Source: Yuukianura sp. NJ FZ-2021
Lineage: Eukaryota
Reading direction: 5' to 3'
DNA: 64,000 nt
Assembly (NCBI GenBank): GCA_046563655.1
Contig: CM102286.1
Span: 7,006,001-7,070,000 of the forward strand
In this document: piece after piece, positions 54,201-64,000 of the stretch
How the letters are laid out: the number at the start of each line of letters is the position of its first letter
Numbering within the stretch: position 1 is the first letter of the stretch
Made by a program: the position numbers and the translations under genes
The notes under the pieces: generated by a model
The model's input: the letters and a program-made list of their open reading frames with translations, nothing else
Database searches by the model: none
Told to the model about the DNA's origin: nothing

Positions 54201-57200
54201 GCTAAAACTCTTTACTAATCTTTTTGATAAATTGCTCTTTGTTGCTTCAAATTTTCATTTTAAAAAAGATTTAACAGTAGTTGCTTCCCAAGACTCAACT
54301 ATCTTGAAAACTATGCTAAATTCAACTTCTTAAATTCATTGTTTTATGAATCTACAGAACTCTAAGTGAAAGTCATTCTCTAGACCTATCAATAGGAAGA
54401 AGCGACTTGGCATAAAATTACTCATAATATGTACACGATTGCTTGAAGTGCAACTCGTTTCAATGTTACTGTAGCGATAGTTCAAAAGATGCCGAATACA
54501 TGTGAACTGAAGTGAAGCACATCAATTCAACACTGTGCATTAGCCTATCACACGTCTCGATCATCCAAGTTAAAGTGAAAGTAAACGAAGAAAACTTTTG
54601 CAGCAACCCACAATAAAAGAATAGTTTCAAAATTTTGTTTTAAAAAATTTCTATAACAAAGCATTCTGTTTTGAAAATTTGTTTAAATTTCAACAATTTA
54701 TTGGGAATTATAATTATTGCTTCAAACGACTATGGCCTAAACAATTGTGCAATGTGCCTTGCACCTTTAATTTTTTTACATGCGGCGTAGCTGCTTGATG
54801 CAGTGCTGCGTTTTAAAAGTAGAAAACTTCTACCCTTCTTATTAAAACTTCCACGCTGTACATTTCGGAAGCTTCAAAGTTTAAATTAAAAGAAGGAAGT
54901 TTGTTGCTGTTGCATCTCACGAAGAAAAGAAAATGGAAATTAAAACGGAATTGATGCGTCGGCAGGTGCAGGGCTTCTCAACCCTGAATTTAAAATTCTT
55001 CCTCGTTCAATGTTGTTTTGTTGGAAAAGTTAATGGCTTTTCGATACAGGCGCCAGCAATTTCCTTCAAATTTTAATGTCACTTAACAATTTTTAATTTT
55101 TAAGCGTGAAAGAGGAACACGGGGGCTCAGTAGCAAAGGTCAAACTTTTGTGGCTTTTGCGGAATTCGACAGTAGTGAATAATAAAAGTTTGGTTTAATG
55201 TCCAGAATTTACGTGTAGTTGGTCATAAAACTTGAAGAGTTTTTAAGTGCAACGAATTCCTAACTTGTTATGGCGTTCATTTGTGACCCATAACCTTGCA
55301 CAATGTTCACGGTAGTCGCAAGTTAGAAGCAACTTTGATAACGAAGTTAGCTTTTACGCTTTCAGTTTCATCTGGTTGCATTACAACATGTTACAGCGTT
55401 GTTACTAATTTCGAACAAAAAAAGCTGATTTTTTTTTGTTTAAAGTTCGGTTTTCCTAAAGCTGGTGCATGGTGTGAAAATAAGGATGGAATTCAATTTT
55501 AACCAGAAATTTTGTATTTTTATGGATATAAATCAACCCAATTTGAACATTTTTTGTTGTAATTGCCTTGGAGTGGAAGGAGGCCTTAGAATACAAGGCG
55601 TAATAAACTAATAGCAGCACTCCAAGGAATGAAGGGTACTTAAGGGTCCAAATAAATAATGACAATGAAGGCTCGGAGCTAAACAAAAAATTACTCATTT
55701 AAACAACAATGGATTGAACAAACTAGGGAAAGTGGCCAACAAGTTATACAAGATCCTGGACTCAATTTAGTTCCTGGAAGGCCTTTGGAGAGGCGTGAAA
55801 ACTCCACACGACCATTAATCAGGAGGCAAGGAGTTGTCCAGGCCCAAAGGGATTCATCATCCACAACAACCAACAAATTCTGTGGACCAAAATTCAGTTG
55901 TGGGGATGCTTCATAGTTATTATTCCAAGAACAAAAGGACTCTATCAAAATATTTTCACAACTTGGTATGTGGCTCACTTCACAAAACAAACTTTCCCCT
56001 TTGTTATTCCACGGAGGAGGGAAATTCGTCGTGAAAATCTGAGATTGATCTTTCCAGGGTCTCATGTCTCATCTTTGATTCTTTTTCTTTCCTCTCTTGT
56101 TTAGTTTGCTATCGAAAACAACAAAAACGACAACAAACTCCAAAGTTATAGCTAAACCCACTCGTCTCGAGCCTCTACTGAACTGTACATTGACCTTTAC
56201 ATGGCGTCATGCCATTGTCATAATATGCAGAAACCCAAACTATCGTAAATTTGTCTACAATTTCCTAAAAGCAAACTTCGAATTGAAAAACCGGAATATT
56301 TTTTGGACAGAATTTTTCTTCTGAAAGCATTAAAAATGTTTTTTCTGAGACTGAAGATTGGACTCTGAAGCCGGTTCATCGCTTTCTCGTTTTCTCTGGT
56401 CATAAATCTCGTGCTTATTTTAATATTTTAGCGGTCTGTTTGTAGTCACAACAGAAAGTCACTAGGAACACCTCTTTTGGACAAGGCAGCTGCTGTGTAT
56501 AGTAATTCTATTTCTATATGTAGTACATGCCGTCAATTCACTGCAATCACCATGTCATCTATCTTTATGGGCACTAGCGGCAACGAGTCCATCGGCGAAA
56601 GACGCCAAAGAAAATAAAAACCAATTTCTACACTGCTGGAATATCCAGTAGCGGTCATTTCCATATTGTAATACAAAGTTCAAGCGGAATATATTTACAG
56701 CACTGGACACTTTACCGAATCGACGTTTCAAATATTCGTACTGTATCACGTGTTAAAAACTTAGTCAAAGAGAAACTAAAGCCCTCAACCTGGAATTTAT
56801 AAGGTTCAGGCGTGAAAGTGAAGAATTGAATTAAGTGAAAGTTTTGATATGCCAGTTCTGACGGCTAATCGATTCCAGCTAACACAATTTACAGCCCGCT
56901 TGTTTCAGAAATAATGGTGAGTTTTGGAATTTTCTTAAGTACTTGTATTAGGGATGTTTTACAAAATTTTAGCGTTCTATTGCCACTTGTAAACCCTGTT
57001 TAGAATTTTAATCTGACTTTTAGTAAGAATAACTTTGGGCAGAGTTTAATAAGAAAATGCAAATGTAAGTACTACTTTTAGAACCCATTATTTCCCTGAT
57101 ACACAGGAATCGTCCCCTCTCTCACCTGAATCACCAGCAGAAGGAAACTGCTTCTGATGATTTAGAATGGCTCCGAGGTTCAATCTTAAGGTCCATTACG

Positions 57201-58039
57201 TAACATGACGTTGGGGAATAAGTTCTGGAATAACCTAACCGTCTTCAAAGGGAACTCGTCATTAAGGAGAAAGGCAGTGGCTAGGGGCTTTGATTTCGCG
57301 CTAGAAAGAAAGCAGCTTTGGCTTGAATCGGAAGGGGCAAGCACAGAGTGCAGCGTTTGCACGAACGAATCCCGCTCCGCTTTCTTTTCTATTTTCTTTT
57401 GTTCCAAAGAAATAAAATTCCCGCTTACAACCAACCCTCCAATGTATTTAGGGAGGATTTAACTGGGGGTGGGGGAGAACACTTTCTTTGGTGCCGTAAA
57501 ATGTGCTTGGAAAAGCCAAATTCTGATGTAGAGGGGATGAAAAAATGTGAAGTTCAGAAATTAGTTCCTGAAATCCTGACCAAAACAGTACTAACTCTTG
57601 GTCTTTGACATGTTTCACAAAATTGGATGGAGACTGGTTACATTTTGAACAATGGAGCAGCGAGTTACAACGTACATCCCTGTTTTCAAATGTTGGCTCC
57701 CCTTCCCTTTGTATTTTGTCAATTACAAGTCTTGAGGGTACGCTTTCCTATTAGTTAACACTTTGCCTTTTCCATACCTTCCCACAAATGTAATTAAGGA
57801 GGGAGTCTCTTGATGCAACTAATTCTGTTGAGTGCTTAGTGCGTGTTGTATTAAATTTGTTTAAATTCAATAAAAGCAGTTTTGTTGAGTATCAGCCACA
57901 CTATGAACAATTTGCAAAAAGTGATCAGGGTCAAATGCTATCTATTTGATTTTAGACCCCGCAAATGTTTTCGAGAAGAGTATATAGATTTTACTGAGAT
58001 TTTGGATTGAAAGTGATTAATAAATTTTTCTCAGCGATT

Positions 58040-58139
58040 NNNNNNNNNNNNNNNNNNNNNNNNNNNNNNNNNNNNNNNNNNNNNNNNNNNNNNNNNNNNN
58101 NNNNNNNNNNNNNNNNNNNNNNNNNNNNNNNNNNNNNNN
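58040..58139. other. Assembly gap (100 N)
   Basis: Run of 100 n with near-duplicate sequence on both flanks. Confidence 1.
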
Positions 58140-59031
58140 ACATAGATTTTGGATTGAAAGTGATTAAAATTTGTATAAATTTTTGTCAGCGATTTAACGC
58201 GACTGTATAATGTTATCAAAACAAGCAAGAGAACCCAATAACAATACTTTGTTTAAGCATCTGTAAGATTAGCTATAGCTTCATTTTGTTCCCTGCTGTT
58301 CTAAAATTCTAAAAGCACTGCCTGTTGTCCATAAAGATGAAATGAACGAGTGGAAATTAGTTTTTTCATAAAATATTTCTGCTCATTCGTATTGTATACA
58401 CTTTGTTGCTAGAGATGAATTGTTGCTTGTTTCTTAATAAGGATCATTAATACGATCATACTGCTTAATTGTTCCAGAACTATATTTTCTGGTTAATTTC
58501 GATAAAAACGGGCAGTTTTTTGAGTGATGCTCTCATAATGATGATGACCATCAACTCCAAAGGTAATTACAATTTGTTTTCATTGGAAAACGACACTCTC
58601 AGAACAGAACCATTTGTAATTTCAGAAATAACTCAGGGTAATTAGAACATTGTTCTTTGCGTTAACCTGTTTCCAAGAATTCGTTTAAGTTAATTCCCAG
58701 GGAATAATGACACCATCTCAGGCAATACATTAAACTAAAAAGTAAACAAAAATAAGGTAAAATGTTAACACTATAACTAATAAAAATCACAAAATATTTA
58801 TAGTGTATGTGGCTGTATTTATACAAAAATCTCTTTTTTCAACAAAGTTTGCTGTTTTCCAGGTTTGCAATTGCAGGGAATGCCCTTGGCGTTTAGGTGT
58901 GTGTAGTGTGTCATTTCAATTTCATTTGTGTTGTGGTTGTGGTTAACAAAGTATAATTGACTTAAATGAGGTTTTAATTTCCTTGCAACGACTTATAATG
59001 AGTATTCAACTGCTGTAGTGGCACATGACAT

Positions 59032-59065
59032 TATAAAGCCAACAATTATTAAGTTCAATTCATTT
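59032..59065 (+). promoter_or_regulatory. TATA box + Inr of the lectin gene
   Basis: TATAAA at 59032-59037; TCATTT with its A at 59062, 30 nt downstream and 48 nt before the ATG. Confidence 0.6.
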
Positions 59066-59109
59066 CTGAACATCGTTCTCGTGCTGAGTATTACGAAGGA
59101 AGCAACAAG

Positions 59110-60165
59110 ATGATTTTTAATTACCTACTCAGCATCATAATCGTTTCAATTGTTGCTCTCCCTTCTACAACTGCCCTATTGAAAGATGGTGACATCTATA
59201 GAATTACAAGTGTAGCTGACGGAAATGTAACCAAAACGGTTTTAACTATTACTGTTTGCAATATATTTAAGAAGTGTTTAAATTGTTGAAATATTTAGGT
59301 TTTAACAGTAGGAGGGAAAGCAGGACTGTCTGGGTCAAATATCACTGCAGAGCCCTGGCAGGATGGTGGAAATCAGAAGTGGCTTGCAGTTGAGACAGGT
59401 AGGTCAAGGTATTTCCGAAAAATAATAGTCGCAAATGTTAAGTGAGAAATGCTCTACAGCTCCTTCTTCGGACCGATTTATTTTGATTCCAAAATGGCAA
59501 TCGTGGAACTGGAATGACTTTGCAAAGAACTCCACAAAGGGACAACGAGAGCATCTACCGGATTTTACCATCGCTCTTGCAGTGGATCCCAAATCAGGGC
59601 TTCTGTCAGACCAGGTGAGAACCTTTAAAGTGCATTATGCAGCATTTATATTCACGGAAATTTTCACTGTTTGCCTTCACAAGACAAAATTTTGAATCCC
59701 AACACTTAATTATTTTACAAATTGGTAGATGAAGGCCAAAATAATTTAAAATGCGATGCTTCAGGGTTTCACGGGTAAAAACGGGCAACAGTGGAGAACC
59801 GTCGAAGGGACTGACAAGACAGTCACGGTGAAAAGCGAAGACGACAAATGCATGACAAACCCTGGGTTTGTAAATATCCTTAACAATCACTTTCCTTTTT
59901 GCGTTAAAACTTTAAACTCAATTTTATTTACACTAGGGAACAAGTAGTGAAAACTAAAACCAAGCTTCTTGGTTTCTTGAAAAAGAAGCACAAGAAAATG
60001 TAACAACTCACAAATTAGTTTTATCATCTTCATATTTAGTGGTTAACTTCAGTTTTAATTTGCTCGTATTAATATTTTTCACACAGAATTCCAGCGACAA
60101 TCCGTACCTCCAATTGCGACACTGCAAACAACCAGCAATTGTGGCGAGTGGAGGCTGTTGTATAA
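59110..60165 (+). CDS. Secreted ricin-B-type (beta-trefoil, QxW) lectin-like protein, 183 aa; exons 59110-59226, 59299-59398, 59460-59614, 59765-59865, 60087-60165
   Basis: All four introns are GT-AG with matching phases (0,1,0,2). Protein: hydrophobic signal peptide MIFNYLLSIIIVSIVALPSTTA, then DGDIYRITSVADGNVLTV...NQKW, ...GQQW, KCMTNPG...SNCDTANNQQLW. That gives three QxW motifs and a Cys pair in the third repeat. AATAAA at 60266-60271. Confidence 0.85.
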
Positions 60166-60807
60166 ATTTTTTGCAAAAATATAACCTGATGTGCTAAATA
60201 ACGAATATCCTTCTCACGTAAGCGATGCAATGCGGACTACAGCGTTCCGAAAAAGTTTTGGCGCCAATAAATTGAACTAAACTAGTCGTAAATAGGTCTA
60301 CTTTGGTTGGATGCAAATAAGTTGCTCATTTCACCCAGTTTTCGTACTTTGAATAGTGAGGAAGTGATAATTACAAACAACACTACCATACAGAATTTTG
60401 AAAGCAACAAAACCGAACAATACTGGATTTAAAAATATTAAAATAGGAATGGGTTTTTTAGTCAACTGCCTCCAAGGCATACAGATGTACATAGAAACAG
60501 TTTTTAATATGCCCCCTAACTCATAAATGCATCTGAAGCCATGCAGCACGCCCATTCTAGTCTATATTCTTCAGTTTCATTTCACCAAGATAGTAGAAAC
60601 TGACACTCACATTTTGATTGTTTGCTGATCGCATTCGCATATTCTATCTACCAATAGACCTTTTGGTGAAATTCTACTTCAAAGACAATAAAAGCTGGAA
60701 TAATTCACGATTTGAGTTTCATACGTCAAGAAATATTTAGTTTATGTGAATTTTAACAATAGTTGACGTAAAACTTCGGTTTCATACACTCTATTCAATC
60801 TGCTTAG

Positions 60808-60885
60808 GTAAGGCAAGATTTTAGATTTAAATCTAAGCTTCAAAATTTGAGAACGTGTTCTGAAAGCTTTTTGAATTTGGCATAG
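60808..60885 (+). other. 78-nt spliceosomal intron in the 5'UTR of the DUF1348 gene
   Basis: tag|gtaagg ... ctttttgaatttggcatag|, ending 18 nt before the ATG. Its size matches the short introns of the neighbouring genes. Confidence 0.6.
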
Positions 60886-60903
60886 GTTTGCAAATTCTTT
60901 GAT

Positions 60904-61308
60904 ATGGCGCTCAAACCACCGTTCACGCTCATCACTGCAACAAAGAAAGTTTTGGTAGCTCAAAACCTCTGGAATACTAAAAACCCAGCGTTGGTTGCTG
61001 CTGCGTATACTCCGGATTCTATTTGGAGAAACCGTGATCAGTTTTTTCAAGGGACAGAAGCCATTATTCATTTTCTTCAAAACAAATGGCACAAGGAACA
61101 TGACTATAAGTTGGAAAAAACATTGTTTTGCTTTTCCGACAACAAAATCGCTGTTCACTTTCAGTATGAATACCACAATCGGCTAGGGCACTGGTTCCGT
61201 GCATATGGAAATGAACACTGGACGTTCAATGCGGAGGGATTGATGGAAGTTAGGGACATGAGTTGCAACGACATCCCGATTTCCGAGTCTGAACGTAAAC
61301 TAAAATGA
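60904..61308 (+). CDS. DUF1348 family protein (NTF2/SnoaL-like fold), 134 aa, intronless CDS
   Basis: Family motifs PPFT..TA.KKV, WNT, AYTPDSIWRNR, FL..KW..E.DY.L.K, IAV.F.YEY, WFRAYGNE.W.F...GLM..R..S.ND.PI.ESER span the whole ORF. Confidence 0.93.
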   Translation: MALKPPFTLITATKKVLVAQNLWNTKNPALVAAAYTPDSIWRNRDQFFQGTEAIIHFLQNKWHKEHDYKLEKTLFCFSDNKIAVHFQYEYHNRLGHWFRAYGNEHWTFNAEGLMEVRDMSCNDIPISESERKLK

Positions 61309-62286
61309 TGGAAAAAAGTAATCTTGTGAAATTTTTTTAATATACTTCTAGGTTTCTGGAGTTGATTTGTTTTGTTTAATTTTTAAAAGCACTTGTTAAT
61401 TTTATAATTTTAATTAACAAAACTCTTGTTCGCGTTCGTTATTTTACTTTCGCATTGTTTTACTTAAGAGTTCTTATTTCTTTTAAAAGTATAATATGAA
61501 ATTAAGTTTTAACCGTTAATTAATGTGAACTACAGATATGTAGTTATTTTTTACTTTTCATTTAAATTTACTTTAGTATTATAAGCACTACCTACACTGT
61601 GGAAAAACTTCTGTTGACTTCTGTGCTGAGAATTTCTTGCTCTGATCATACAACATACTGAATTGTTGCCGTAGGGCTCGGAAAAAGTTGTCAAGGTCAT
61701 GCAATAAAAAGTTGGAAACTTAAACTAGACAAAAAGTTCCTTATTTGTCAGAAAGTTAAGAATTGTAAGAATGAGTGTTAGAAATTTTTCATCTTCTACC
61801 ATCATTTAGGAACTAGGAACTGCTGTAAGATTCGTTTACATTGGTGCAGGAAATCATTTGAAAATAGACAATCATCGAAGCATGTAGCCTTGAAGTGAAA
61901 TCATTCATCAAGTGTTGGTGTTGTGCACCTTGATAGGAATTTTATTCCTCGTAACTGCTCAATTCGCAATCTCTCCTTCATACCCACATCAAATCTTGGT
62001 GTGAACACTTTCTGCAAGTAGCCCAAGACGAAGCGGTGTGACAACAATATGGATCTTTTTTCTTCAGTTGCCTTGTTGTACATTGGTTCCTTTCTAATCT
62101 ACGGCCTACTTTTACTTGATTTCAAATACTTTGAAAAATTCGACAGCTCTCTTGTGTCGCCATTCCAAAAAAGTAACGGTCTGCAGCGTCGACTACAGCA
62201 AGAGACGCGGATCGTCTTCTAAGAAACGTTGAAGCAGTAAGAGTATGAGGACAGGAGTGATTGTTTTAAGTGTGATTAATTTAGCA

Positions 62287-63778
62287 ATGACGCTGACCTT
62301 CACTGAGGAAGAGGGAAAGGCCTTGACGACGGTAATTAGCATTTGCTACCACAGCAATATTCAAGTTGTAATGAATAAATGATGCTTTGATGGTAACGGT
62401 TGTTTTAATGTTGCAGCTACTTACAGAACTAGAGACGCTACATCTAGTGGAGAAACTGGAAAGTTCAGAAGACTATTTTTTGATTAGATGGCTTCGTGGT
62501 AAGGCGTAAGGGCAAGCCGCAATCGCAAGGGATTATATGACTAGCTACACTATTTGTTTTGCACCTTTTAATTGAATTTTTAATTCAATGACGCCAAGCT
62601 TTTATCCAAACTAAATTATATAAACTTGTTCCGTTACGATAAATCCAAATACAATGCTGGTTCACGGACATGGGTTTTAGCACAACAGAAAATTATCTGC
62701 CAAATACAAAAGGTTTACCTTTCATTTTAGCCAGAAACCTTCACATAAAGAATGCAACGGAAATGCTTCAAAACGTGAGTCGTTTTGTTAAATTCATCCA
62801 ACTAGTATACCAAAATTTTTTATAATATGAACTAATTAATAACAAGTTTTCTTCTAACCAAAACTAAGATTTCAAATTTCAATTGCAGTATATAACCTGG
62901 AAAGAGCAAAACGAAGACTATAAGGTGGCACACAACAACAATTGGATAGCGCCTCCAATTGTAGTTAATGAATTTAAATACAAATTTACCGGGTTCGATG
63001 CCGATGGGAGGCCTGGTAAGTTAATTCACAAATGTTAAACCAAGCAATCGCAATCGTGATTATTAAAGTATAGCACAAGGCACAACACAAAATTCAGCAT
63101 TTTGCAAATTGTTCCAGTGATTTGGATGCCTGTTGCACGGTACGATATTAAAGGACTTCTGGAGCAGGGGCTGAAATCTGACATTTTTCGCTACTGTTAC
63201 CAATTAATGGACGTGATTCTACTGGAAATTGATCAGCAACGCAAGAAATGTGGTGTATTGCAATTTGTTGCAATTATTGATAGTGCTGAACTGACGATTC
63301 GGAAAATCACGCATGTGGAAAGTAAAGCATTTCTCATCTTTATCAATGTTAATGTATTTCGGAAAATTGTATCATTTCTTCCCTAGAGTATTTATTTTTT
63401 CTTGTTTTTTTTTTACGATTAGCAATCCAGTGCATGCTTCGCTTTATGAAGGAATTCGACGCTTACTATCCAGAACTCATGTACTCATGCTACGTCGTCA
63501 ATGGTAAACTGCGATATTCGACACCAAAAAGCAATACTATTTTTTTTAAATATAGGATCCCAACAGGTTTTCTTTTTCAATATGTTGCAGCTCCATGGTT
63601 ATTTAGCACCATATTCAATTTGGTTAAGCCAATCCTGTCCAGCCACACCCTAAGCAAAATTAATATTTTTGGCTCAAACGAAGAAACCTGGAAAGCAGCA
63701 CTTTTAGCTAATTTGCCAGCATCTTCAATACCCGAAGACTATGGAGGCACTGCTCCTCCAGTTCTAGTTGCTAAGTGA
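62287..63778 (+). CDS. SEC14-like CRAL-TRIO lipid-binding protein, 256 aa, no GOLD domain; exons 62287-62331, 62417-62498, 62731-62774, 62889-63015, 63118-63321, 63423-63503, 63591-63778
   Basis: Six GT-AG introns with consistent phases (0,1,0,1,1,1). Motifs DYFLIRWLRAR (CRAL-TRIO N), GFDADGRPV, IIDSAEL, YYPE...VVNAPWLFSTIFNLVKPILS..T.SKI and IPEDYGGT. Confidence 0.93.
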
Positions 63779-63820
63779 ATTCAAAAATCTCAAAATTTTT
63801 AGTATACATGGTGAATGATG

Positions 63821-63826
63821 AATAAA
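63821..63826 (+). terminator. Polyadenylation signal of the CRAL-TRIO gene
   Basis: AATAAA 43 nt after the stop codon. Confidence 0.5.
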
Positions 63827-64000
63827 TGTTAAACCGATGGCAATATGAATGCAAAAATAAGGTACGAGATAATGATCTAGGCGTATTTCAGAAAAAAGTA
63901 TTATTCTTGCACCTTTTGAATTATAAAGTTCTCCAAACCTTCGAATTTACAAAGTGTATTGCATTGCCAGCATGGTTTTTTCTTAGAAATAAATATTTAA

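Noticed and set aside
55691..56065. 124-aa - strand ORF (MRPWKDQ...)
   Set aside because: No recognisable family or promoter, and the length is within chance range for 64 kb. It cannot be fully excluded without RNA data.
60742..61176. 144-aa - strand ORF
   Set aside because: Antisense shadow of the DUF1348 CDS with no motifs of its own.
61901..62083. 60-aa - strand ORF divergent from the CRAL-TRIO gene
   Set aside because: At the length threshold with no motif support.
1..64000. CRISPR arrays, rRNA, operons, autonomous transposase or RT genes
   Set aside because: No repeat-spacer periodicity, rRNA motifs or long ORFs. The sequence is spliceosomal eukaryotic DNA.

Overview
AT-rich eukaryotic genomic DNA with GT-AG introns, arthropod-type TATA/Inr promoters and scattered TTAGG motifs. 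An arthropod host, possibly a springtail-like hexapod, is my inference only. The last ~5 kb hold three compact + strand genes reconstructed exon by exon: a 5-exon secreted ricin-B (beta-trefoil) lectin-like protein (183 aa, 59110-60165), an intronless DUF1348 (NTF2/SnoaL-like) gene of microbial type with a 5'UTR intron (134 aa, 60904-61308; likely horizontal transfer), and a 7-exon SEC14/CRAL-TRIO lipid-binding protein (256 aa, 62287-63778). The first ~58 kb contain no long coding exon. They include a structurally complete DINE-1/HINE-type non-autonomous Helentron (50609-51245) and a 100-N gap. On the - strand in 1-30 kb there are candidate alternative first exons, a 12-nt microexon and two small exons with identical splice phases, one bracketed by a 16-bp inverted repeat whose arm recurs 15 kb upstream. 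These may be the 5' part of a large gene running off the left edge with promoter-coupled, RNA-structure-controlled exon choice. That model is speculative and needs RNA data.
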